Below, in pieces: positions 35,567 to 43,517 of a DNA stretch of 64,000 nucleotides; the first letter of the stretch is position 1; the number at the start of each line of letters is the position of its first letter. The stretch is from Alphaproteobacteria bacterium UBA1301. Lineage in GTDB: Bacteria; Pseudomonadota; Alphaproteobacteria; Micropepsales; Micropepsaceae. A program made the translations under genes and the position numbers. The notes beneath the pieces were generated by a model that was not told the DNA's origin, did not search any database, and was given only the letters and a program-made list of their open reading frames with translations. The stretch spans positions 136,003-200,002 of the forward strand of contig DBUB01000007.1 of assembly GCA_002307725.1 (NCBI GenBank). Reading direction: 5' to 3'.

Positions 35567-37273
35567 ATGACGGTTGCGGCAAGTTCGGAAGGTTTTGCGG
35601 GCGTTCTCGGCTGGGCGGCGCGCCGTCCCCGGCTGGTCTTGGCGCTGTTCTGCCTCGTCCTGTGGGCGCCGGGCGTGTTCAGCTTGCCGCCGCTCGACCG
35701 TGACGAGAGCCGCTTTGCCCAGGCCTCCAAGCAGATGCTGGAGACCGGCGATGTGGTCGATATCCGCTTCGGCCATGTCCCGCGCTACAAGAAACCGGCC
35801 GGCATCTACTGGATGCAGGCGGTCGCCACGGCCGTCGCCGGGTTCGGCGAAAAGACCCACATCTGGACCTATCGCCTGCCGTCCTTGCTTGGCGGCATCG
35901 CGGCGGTGTGGCTGACCTTTTGGTGCGCCGCTGCGTTCCTCCGGCGCGAGGTGGCGCTCTTGGCTGGCGCTTTGCTCGGCGGCACTTTGCTGATGACGGG
36001 CGAAGCCACCATCGCCACCACCGATGCGGTTCTCACCGCCTGCATCGTGGGGGCGCAAGCGGTGCTGCTCAGGGTTTGGCTTGGGGCCAAGGGCGCTGCC
36101 GCACCACCGTCGCGGCTGGTGGTGCTCGCCGGCTGGGTCTGTGTCGGACTTGCGATTCTGGTGAAGGGCCCGCCGGTCTTCATCCCGTTCCTCACTGCCG
36201 CCGTGCTTTGCTGTTGGGATCGCGAATGGCGCTGGCTGGGGGCCACCCGTCCGCTGTCCGGCATCGCTATCGTGCTTGTCATGGTGGCGCCGTGGGTCGT
36301 CGCCATTGGGCTGAAGAGCCATTGGCAGTTCTTCCAGCAGTCGCTGGGGAACGACTTTGCCACCAAACTCGCTGGCGGCCAGGAGAGCCATGGATTTCCG
36401 CCCGGCTATTTCCTTGTCGCCCTGACGCCGTCGTTCTGGCCGGCGATTCTGTTCCTGTTGCCGGGCTTGGTCGCGGCCTTGCGCCGTCACAAAGACCCGG
36501 CGATCCGCTTCCTCCTGGTCTGGGCGGCGACGTGGATCGCCTTCGAGCTGGTTCCGACCAAACTGCCGCACTACGTGCTGCCGATCTATCCGGCGCTCGC
36601 CATCCTTGCGGCGCTGTGGGCGGCGTGGCCGCGGGGGGCCGAGACGGTGTGGGACCGGATCGTGTTTTACCTTGCACCGGTGCAGTTTGCGCTGGCCGCA
36701 CTGGCGCTGGCCGCCGGTCTTTTCATCCTGCCGCAAAGGTTCGCTCTCCAGCCAAGCATGTGGGTCGCTATCCCGGCGCTGGTGTTGGTGGGCCTGGCGA
36801 TCGCCGCACTGATCTTCTATTTCCGGCGCCGGATGGTGGTGGCGGCGGTCATCGCACTGGCGGCGCCGCTGATCGTCTATCCGGTTCTCACCGCGGGCAT
36901 CGGCCCCAATCTGTCACGGATCTGGGTGAGCCCGCGTCTGGCCGCGATGGTGCAGTCCTTGGCGCGTCCGGGCGATCCGCCGCCTGCGCTCGCTGGTTAC
37001 ATCGAGCCGAGCATGCTGTTCCTCCTCGGTACCGAGACGCGGCTGACCGACAGCGGCGCCTCCGCCGCCGACGCCAAGGCGGGCGAGGGGGGGCTTGCGG
37101 TGATCGAGGAGCGCGAACAGGCCGCCTTCATGGCGCGGCTCAAGGAGAAGGAGATTGAGGCGGTGGAACTCGGGTCGGTCGACGGCCTCAACTACTCCAA
37201 CGGCCGCAAGGTGCTGATCCGGGTCTGGCGCGTCGCCCCGCTGACCGAAACCCCCGCTCCCCCGGCCGAGTGA
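35567..37273 (+). CDS. ArnT/PMT-like family 39 glycosyltransferase (lipid A or envelope glycosylation)
   Basis: 568 aa, more than 10 TM helices. N-terminal loop motif PPLDRDESRFAQASKQMLETGDVVDIRF...RYKKPAGIYW is typical of the GT39/GT83 ArnT-like family. Confidence 0.85.
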   Translation: MTVAASSEGFAGVLGWAARRPRLVLALFCLVLWAPGVFSLPPLDRDESRFAQASKQMLETGDVVDIRFGHVPRYKKPAGIYWMQAVATAVAGFGEKTHIWTYRLPSLLGGIAAVWLTFWCAAAFLRREVALLAGALLGGTLLMTGEATIATTDAVLTACIVGAQAVLLRVWLGAKGAAAPPSRLVVLAGWVCVGLAILVKGPPVFIPFLTAAVLCCWDREWRWLGATRPLSGIAIVLVMVAPWVVAIGLKSHWQFFQQSLGNDFATKLAGGQESHGFPPGYFLVALTPSFWPAILFLLPGLVAALRRHKDPAIRFLLVWAATWIAFELVPTKLPHYVLPIYPALAILAALWAAWPRGAETVWDRIVFYLAPVQFALAALALAAGLFILPQRFALQPSMWVAIPALVLVGLAIAALIFYFRRRMVVAAVIALAAPLIVYPVLTAGIGPNLSRIWVSPRLAAMVQSLARPGDPPPALAGYIEPSMLFLLGTETRLTDSGASAADAKAGEGGLAVIEEREQAAFMARLKEKEIEAVELGSVDGLNYSNGRKVLIRVWRVAPLTETPAPPAE

Positions 37274-37316
37274 GCGGGAAATCCTTTGTTCACAGGCTTT
37301 TTGGTACGTCCAAAAT

Positions 37317-37374
37317 CTGTCATCCCCGGCGCGCACCACGCGCAGCGCGCGTGAGGGAAGGGCATCCAGGTGTT
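37317..37374 (+). repeat. REP/MITE-like GC-rich repeat unit (copy B1)
   Basis: ctgtcatccccggcgcgcaccacgcgcagcgcgcgtgagggaagggcatccaggtgtt. Confidence 0.7.
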
Positions 37375-37434
37375 GGAGACCCATCCGATAGTAGGGATTT
37401 GGCACGGCTCATTTGCGCGGGCGAACCAACGTCG

Positions 37435-37490
37435 CGACCTGGGTTCCCTTCCCCTCGCGGCGCGGCGCTTGCTCGGCCGGGAATGACATG
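37435..37490 (-). repeat. REP/MITE-like GC-rich repeat unit (copy B2, inverted relative to B1)
   Basis: Reverse complement reads catgtcattcccggccgagcaagcgccgcgccgcgaggggaagggaacccaggtcg. Confidence 0.65.
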
Positions 37491-37662
37491 GCGTGGTGCT
37501 TGGTGCCTCTCGTCGTCCCCATCTCTCTTGCACTCTTCCTTCGCTTTCACTTGACGGGCGCGAGCAACGTACTAATGATCGCCGCGTTCGTTGCCTCGGG
37601 CGATGAGGAGTCGTTGTGGCTCTTGCACTGATGGCAGCGGTTCGGAGCGTCATGAGACGACG

Positions 37663-38943
37663 ATGAGTCTCCAAGCACTGCGGGGGCGTGACCTCAAACC
37701 TCCGCTACAGCCCGTCCAAGAGCGACCGGCATCCTCCCTCAAGGACACGCCACCTCAGACCAAGCCCGCTCGGGCTATTCCGCGATTCCCCGTCAATCCC
37801 CAGACCCGCGCATTTTACCGCCGCTTTTTCCCCGGCACGTCGACCGCTGAATGGAACGACTGGCGCTGGCAGATGCGTTCCCGCATCCGGGGTCTCGCCG
37901 AACTCAGCCGGATTTTCACCCTCTCCGCCGATGAACGCGACGCTGCCGAGCGCCACCAGGGCGCCCTGCCGGTCGGCATTACGCCCTATTACGCCTCGCT
38001 GATGGGGCTCGACGATCCCACCGAACCCTTGCGCCGCACCCATATCATGACCGGCGACGAGTACCGCCTCAGCCCTGGCGAGGGCGATGATCCCTTAAGC
38101 GAAGACCACGACACCGTCGTGCCCGGCATCGTCCATCGCTATCCCGACCGGGTCCTGTTCCTCACCACCGGCACCTGCTCGACCTATTGCCGCTATTGCA
38201 CGCGGGCCCGCGTCGTCGGCAATCCGGGTGGCGAGTACCAGTTCGCCATGAAGCAATGGGAACAGGCGCTGGCTTATTTGGAGGTCCATACCGAGGTCCG
38301 CGACGTGCTTTTGTCCGGCGGTGATCCGTTCACCATCGGCGACGACAAGCTCGATTGGCTGCTGACGCGGCTGCGGGCGATGAAACACATCGAATTCCTG
38401 CGCATCGGCACCAAAATGCCGATCGTGCTGCCGCAGCGGATCACCAAAGACTTCGCCAAGATGCTGAAGAAGCATCATCCGCTGTTCATCAGTCTGCACG
38501 TCACCCACCCCAAGGAACTCACCGACGAAATGCGCGAGTCGACCGGCCGGCTGGCCGACGCCGGTATTCCGCTCGGTTCGCAGACGGTGCTGCTCAAAGG
38601 CATCAATGACGATCCGGCGGTGATGGTGCCGCTGATGCAGGGTCTGCTCACTTGCCGGGTGAAGCCCTATTACCTTTATGCCTGCGACCCGATCCGGGGC
38701 TCGGCCCATTTCCGTGGCGATGTCGAGAAGGGTCTGGAAATCATCAAGGCGTTGCGCGGCCACACCACCGGCTACGCCACGCCGATCTTTGCCATCGACG
38801 CGCCTGGCGGTGGCGGCAAAATCCAAATTGCCCCCGACAGCATCGTCGGCCGCAACGGCAACGATCTGTTGCTGCGGAATTTCGAAGGCAAGATCTACAG
38901 CTACCCCGATCCCGGTGGCACGCTGGGCATAGACAAAGAATAA
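37663..38943 (+). CDS. lysine-2,3-aminomutase (KamA) family radical SAM aminomutase, substrate unassigned
   Basis: ORF 37591..38943 trimmed to the ATG at 37663. Radical SAM CSTYCRYCTR (CxxxCxxC), GGDP, and PYYLYACDPIRGSAHFR motifs are typical of the KamA/EpmB family. Confidence 0.88.
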   Translation: MSLQALRGRDLKPPLQPVQERPASSLKDTPPQTKPARAIPRFPVNPQTRAFYRRFFPGTSTAEWNDWRWQMRSRIRGLAELSRIFTLSADERDAAERHQGALPVGITPYYASLMGLDDPTEPLRRTHIMTGDEYRLSPGEGDDPLSEDHDTVVPGIVHRYPDRVLFLTTGTCSTYCRYCTRARVVGNPGGEYQFAMKQWEQALAYLEVHTEVRDVLLSGGDPFTIGDDKLDWLLTRLRAMKHIEFLRIGTKMPIVLPQRITKDFAKMLKKHHPLFISLHVTHPKELTDEMRESTGRLADAGIPLGSQTVLLKGINDDPAVMVPLMQGLLTCRVKPYYLYACDPIRGSAHFRGDVEKGLEIIKALRGHTTGYATPIFAIDAPGGGGKIQIAPDSIVGRNGNDLLLRNFEGKIYSYPDPGGTLGIDKE

Positions 38944-39182
38944 GCAAGCGTGGAGCCCCCCCGCGCGTAACCTGCCACAAGGGGAGGAGTATCGCATATG
39001 ATGAGAGTGTCATGGCCCGTAACTGCGGGCCATCCAGGTCACGCAAGTACCGTCGTTTCAAGAAAGGCCGGAATTTCATGGCGAATGTGGAGCAACACCA
39101 ACTAGGTCGCCCGCATTTGCGGGCGATGACACAGAGGGTGCGACGGCCTATGCGATTCCCCGGTCACAAGGGGTGGTAATTA

Positions 39183-40172
39183 ATGCGTATCGGCGTCACC
39201 TATGATTTGAAATCCGACTATCTCGCCCAAGGCTGGAGCGCGGAGGACGCGGCCGAGTTCGACAGCGAGATCACCATCGCCGCCATTTGCACCGCGCTTG
39301 CCGCCATGGGGCTGGAGCCCGTCCGCATCGGCACGGTGAAACGCCTCGCCGAACGCCTCGTCGCCGGGGAGCGCTGGGACGGCGTTTTCAATTTTTGCGA
39401 AGGCGTCAAAGGGGTAGGGCGCGAGGCGCAAGTGCCGGCGCTGTTAGAAGCCTACGACATTCCTTACGTCTTCTCCGACACCCTGACGTTAGCGGTCAGT
39501 CTCGACAAAGCCATGTGCAAGCGGATCGTGCGCGACGCTGGCGTGCCGACGCCCGATTTCGCAGTAATCGAAACCCTGGAAGACGCCGCCCGTATCGATC
39601 TTCCTTATCCGCTGTTCCTCAAACCGGTCGCCGAAGGCTCCGGCAAAGGCGTCGACCGCAATTCGCGGGTCAGCGATGCCGCCGCGCTGCAAGTCACCGC
39701 CGCCGATCTGCTCGCGCGCTTCGCCCAGCCGGTGCTGGTGGAGACCTTCCTGCCGGGGCGCGAGTTCACGGTCGGCATCACTGGCACCGGCGCCGAGGCT
39801 GAGGTGCTGGGCGTCACTGAGATCGTGCCGCTGGCGGGTTACGTCGGCGCCGGCTACGGCTACGAGAACAAGCTGGAGCATTGGGAGGTGAAGCTTGAGA
39901 TCGCGCTCGCTCCGCCGGAATTCGCTGCGGCCTCGGGCAATGTGGCGCTGGCGGCTTGGCGGGCGCTGCGCTGCCGCGATGGCGGGCGCATCGACGTGCG
40001 TTGCGATGCTTCCGGCGCCCCCCAGTTCATCGAAGTCAATCCGCTGGCCGGTCTGCGGCCCGAACATTCCGATTTGTGCCTGATCGCGAATTTCGCCGGC
40101 ATCACCTACAACGATCTCATCGCCCGCATCATGGCGTCGTTTTTCCGGCGTCACCCGGACCTCAAACCATGA
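39183..40172 (+). CDS. ATP-grasp enzyme, D-alanine--D-alanine ligase-like (paralog 1)
   Basis: 329 aa. DKAMCKRIVRDAGVPTPDF, PLFLKPVAEGSGKGV, EFTVGI and IEVNPLAGL are ATP-grasp core motifs. Confidence 0.8.
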   Translation: MRIGVTYDLKSDYLAQGWSAEDAAEFDSEITIAAICTALAAMGLEPVRIGTVKRLAERLVAGERWDGVFNFCEGVKGVGREAQVPALLEAYDIPYVFSDTLTLAVSLDKAMCKRIVRDAGVPTPDFAVIETLEDAARIDLPYPLFLKPVAEGSGKGVDRNSRVSDAAALQVTAADLLARFAQPVLVETFLPGREFTVGITGTGAEAEVLGVTEIVPLAGYVGAGYGYENKLEHWEVKLEIALAPPEFAAASGNVALAAWRALRCRDGGRIDVRCDASGAPQFIEVNPLAGLRPEHSDLCLIANFAGITYNDLIARIMASFFRRHPDLKP

Positions 40173-41134
40173 AAATCCTCGTTCTGCATTCCGACGTTCC
40201 GCCCAATGCGCCGCCGGAAGACCAGGACACGTTGATCGCCGCCCGCGCCATCTCCGAGGCGCTGCAGTCGCGTGGCCACAGCGCGCCGCTTGCCACTTTC
40301 GTGGCGGATCGCGAAGCCTTGCGCCGGACGATCGCGCCGCATCGCCCCGATGTCGTCTTTAATCTGGTGGAAGGCATCGATGGGCAGGGGCGCCTCGCCT
40401 ATCTGGCGCCGCAGATGCTGGACGAAATCGGCGTGCGTTATACCGGCGCCGGTGCCCGCTCGCTGATCCTCACCGGCGACAAGCCGCGCAGCAAAAGGAT
40501 GCTGCGCGAGGCGGGTCTACCGACGCCCTTGTGGGCCGAACCGCCGGAATGGCAGGGGCTGGGCGCCGGGCGTTGGATCGTCAAATGCGCCGACGAAGAC
40601 GCTTCGCTCGGTCTCGACGATGGCGCCGTGGTCACTGCCCCTGACGTGGAAGCCCGCGCCGCGGCGTGCCGGGCCCGTTTCGGCGGCCGCTGGTTCGCTG
40701 AGGAATATATCGACGGGCGCGAATTCAACATCGCCATCATCGAGCAGAACGGAGCGCCGCATGTGCTGCCGATGGCCGAGATGATGTTCGTCGGCTGGCC
40801 GGTGGAACGCCCGCGCATCGTCGGCTACACCGCCAAATGGGACGATGCCTCGTTCGAATCCGTCAAAACGGTGCGCCGCTTCGGCATCGAATACCGCGAG
40901 CCCGCCTTGGCGCGCGAACTCAGCTATCAATGCGTCGAGTGCTGGGAGATGTTCGCTTGCCGCGGCACCGCGCGGGTCGATTTCCGTGTTGACATGAACG
41001 GCCACCCCTCGATTCTCGAGATCAATCCCAATCCGGGCATCGCGCCGGATGCGGGCCTTTCCGTCGCCGCAGCGGAAGCGGGGCTCTCTTACGCCGATCT
41101 CATGGAAGGTATCGTTCAGGAAGCCGTGCGATGA
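40169..41134 (+). CDS. ATP-grasp enzyme, D-alanine--D-alanine ligase-like (paralog 2)
   Basis: ORF 39956..41134 trimmed to MKILVLHSDVPPNAPPEDQD at 40169 (ATGA overlap with paralog 1). DKPRSKRMLREAGLPTP, EEYIDGREFNIAII, RVDFRVD and ILEINPNPG motifs. Confidence 0.8.
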   Translation: MKILVLHSDVPPNAPPEDQDTLIAARAISEALQSRGHSAPLATFVADREALRRTIAPHRPDVVFNLVEGIDGQGRLAYLAPQMLDEIGVRYTGAGARSLILTGDKPRSKRMLREAGLPTPLWAEPPEWQGLGAGRWIVKCADEDASLGLDDGAVVTAPDVEARAAACRARFGGRWFAEEYIDGREFNIAIIEQNGAPHVLPMAEMMFVGWPVERPRIVGYTAKWDDASFESVKTVRRFGIEYREPALARELSYQCVECWEMFACRGTARVDFRVDMNGHPSILEINPNPGIAPDAGLSVAAAEAGLSYADLMEGIVQEAVR

Positions 41135-41712
41135 TCGCGCTCAGCCGTGCTTACGCCAGCGTGTTCGGCGCCCCGGTGATCGACCGCATTGACCCGCGCC
41201 TCTTCACCCTTCGCTATTTCGCCGCCTGCATGGATTGCAGCTTCTGCGCTGACCAATGCTGTTCCTATGGCGTCGACATCGACACGGCTAACATCGATGC
41301 CTTGCGCGGTTTGGGGGCAGACTTCGCAGCCTTCGTCGGTGTGCCGCAAAGCGATTGGTTCACCGCCGAACGCAGCGCCGATGCCGAATTTCCCTCCGGC
41401 ACTTACGGCCGCACCCAGACCCGCGACGGCAAATGCGTTTTCGCCGACCGCGGTGGCCGCGGCTGCCGCATCCACGCTTGGTGCCTGCAGCAGGGCCTCG
41501 ATTACCACCGCTACAAACCGCTGGTCTCGACGCTGTTTCCCGTTACCTTCGAATTCGGCGCTTTGGTGCCCTCGCCCGAAACCCTCGACGGCACGCTGGC
41601 CTGTGCCGGAAGCGGCCCAACGCTGTATCAAGGCGCCCGCGACGAACTTGTCTACTATTTCGGCGAAGCCTTCGTTGCCGAACTCGACGCCCATGCAGAT
41701 AGGGCGTGCTGA
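41131..41712 (+). CDS. YkgJ-like CxxCxxCC cysteine-cluster (zinc/iron-chelating) protein
   Basis: 193 aa. CMDCSFCADQCCSYG plus a second cluster GKCVF...GGRGCRIHAWC. ATGA overlap with the upstream ATP-grasp gene. Confidence 0.65.
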   Translation: MIALSRAYASVFGAPVIDRIDPRLFTLRYFAACMDCSFCADQCCSYGVDIDTANIDALRGLGADFAAFVGVPQSDWFTAERSADAEFPSGTYGRTQTRDGKCVFADRGGRGCRIHAWCLQQGLDYHRYKPLVSTLFPVTFEFGALVPSPETLDGTLACAGSGPTLYQGARDELVYYFGEAFVAELDAHADRAC

Positions 41713-41766
41713 CGGCGGACGCGCACGATACACTCACAAGAAGATTCGTCGCCGGGGGGCAAACGC

Positions 41767-42276
41767 TTGAACACCAATTTTCTTCCTTATACGAACCTTG
41801 ACTTGCTCGAGCCCGGCTGCTGCTGCCCGGCGTTCGATCCCAAGGCGTGGGACCAACTCGACCTGCATTTCCGCGACAAGCTTTTCGTGCATTTTCGCAC
41901 CCGCAGCCTGTTCCACATTCCGCTCAATATGAGTGCGGCGTTTTTCGACACCTGGGAAGCGATCAAGGCGGCCGGCGCCGAGGATGGCCAGTTTGCCATC
42001 CTCTCCAACGACGAATCCAAATGGCGTGGCGAGCACTATTTCGCCGTCACCAAAGAGGTGCCAGGCCTTCACAACGTCAGACTCACCGGCGACTTCGTTA
42101 CGCGGGTGTTCGAAGGTCCCTATCGCGACGCCTATATCTGGGTGAACGAGATGCGCGAAGACATCGCGCTGATGGGCCACCGGATGGGCCGCCTGTTTTT
42201 CTATTACACCACCTGCCCCAAATGCGCCGAGCGCCGCGGCAAGAACTATGTGGTGGGTGTGGGGGAAGTGGTGTGA
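41767..42276 (+). CDS. hypothetical protein with CCC and CPKC motifs
   Basis: 169 aa with a probable TTG start. N-terminal LEPGCCCPAFD and C-terminal FFYYTTCPKCAERRGKNYVV. Same strand, 54 nt after the preceding gene. Confidence 0.55.
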   Translation: MNTNFLPYTNLDLLEPGCCCPAFDPKAWDQLDLHFRDKLFVHFRTRSLFHIPLNMSAAFFDTWEAIKAAGAEDGQFAILSNDESKWRGEHYFAVTKEVPGLHNVRLTGDFVTRVFEGPYRDAYIWVNEMREDIALMGHRMGRLFFYYTTCPKCAERRGKNYVVGVGEVV

Positions 42277-42291
42277 GCAGGCGCTGATCTC

Positions 42292-42678
42292 CTACACGTC
42301 GAGATATCCCACCGATTCGATGTCTTCCTCGATGCGTAGCACGCGCAAGGTGCGGCGGTTGCCTCGCCGGTCCTCCCATTCCGCGGTCTGGCCGACGCTG
42401 AGGCCCAAGAGCGCTGCACCGACCGGCGACTGAAGCGAAATCCGGCCGCGTTCGGGATCGACGTCACGCAGCGGCACCACGCGCACCCGTCGGGTCCGTC
42501 CGGTATTCTGGTCGTGATAGACCACCGCTTCGCCAATATCGACGGCGCCGAGACCGCTACGCCGCGGCGTGCGCGCGACGATCCTGGCGCGTTCATGTTC
42601 GCTGTCGGGTGGTGAAAATGGCGGCAGAGTGGCGATTGTTTTCAACGAACGCCTCCTTTTGGACGCGCGCGTGCTCAC
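42292..42678 (-). CDS. GreA/GreB C-terminal-domain family protein (Rnk-like)
   Basis: 128 aa. ISLQSPVGAALLGLSVGQTAEWEDRRGNRRTLRVLRI matches the GreA/B FKBP-like C-terminal domain. Start uncertain. Confidence 0.7.
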   Translation of the reverse strand: MSTRASKRRRSLKTIATLPPFSPPDSEHERARIVARTPRRSGLGAVDIGEAVVYHDQNTGRTRRVRVVPLRDVDPERGRISLQSPVGAALLGLSVGQTAEWEDRRGNRRTLRVLRIEEDIESVGYLDV

Positions 42679-42966
42679 GCCTTAACGGCGGTGGCGCTGG
42701 TCCTGTTGTGGTGATTTCGCGGGCTCTACCCGGACGCGGCAGGAATGCGCGTCCGGGCTCAATTGCCTTTGGTCAGGCGTCCGGCGCGATGCGCGGCTTT
42801 ACGAAGGAACGTTGTCATACCCGAAAGGTAGGTACTGAAACGCGTCATTTCAACGTGCGACACCATGAATAACCAGCAAGAAACCCCATAAAATACGTGT
42901 TAGCGCAATCATCCATAGGTGTACGCGCAACGTGAGAAGGACGGCGTTGTCAAAGGTGTGTGCGCC

Positions 42967-43317
42967 TTACAATCTGATCCCGAATTTTGGCGCCGCCCAG
43001 ATCATCGCGGCATAGAGCACCATCGTCAGCACACATCCCGCCGCTAGCGCCGACCAGAACGCCACGCCGCGCTTCAAAAGAACCGGGATCAAAACGAACA
43101 TCGGCAGCGAAGGCGCGATGAACCACAGCGTGCCGGAAACGTGCGCGGCCATGCGGGCCGGATCGTGGGTGTCGTGCCACAGCCACATCATGCCTAGCAC
43201 CGACACCAGAGGCAGCGACGCGATCAACCCGCCGAAGCCAGGATAACGCTTGGCCACCTCCGACACCGCCGCCACGATGACGCCGGAGAGGGAGGCTTTG
43301 AGGAGAAGATAGAACAT
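42967..43317 (-). CDS. DUF3147 family membrane protein
   Basis: ORF 42967..43410 trimmed to MFYLLLKASLSGVIVAAVSEVAKRYPGFGGLIASLPLVSVLGMMWLW. Confidence 0.7.
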   Translation of the reverse strand: MFYLLLKASLSGVIVAAVSEVAKRYPGFGGLIASLPLVSVLGMMWLWHDTHDPARMAAHVSGTLWFIAPSLPMFVLIPVLLKRGVAFWSALAAGCVLTMVLYAAMIWAAPKFGIRL

Positions 43318-43517
43318 CGGCGACCCCGGGTGCGAAGCAGAAGCAGAGTAGCCGTTCCCTCGCCCCGGATGCAAAAACGTTCGTTCGCGCCGCCGAAGCG
43401 GACATACCAACCCAACAAATTAGGTCTGAGTTGCGCCAAAAGTGCTTTTTGCAAGCGCCTTACAGCAGCCCAAACCTCGAATGACTTCGTGCTTCAGCGG
43501 AATTGTCGTCGTGAAAT

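Noticed and set aside
34637-36736. 699-aa minus-strand ORF, the longest in this region
   Set aside because: Only the last 240 codons (34637-35359) form a coherent GT2 glycosyltransferase. The upstream 459 codons are Arg/Pro/Gly-rich, lie antisense to the well-supported ArnT-like gene, and are a typical high-GC shadow ORF.
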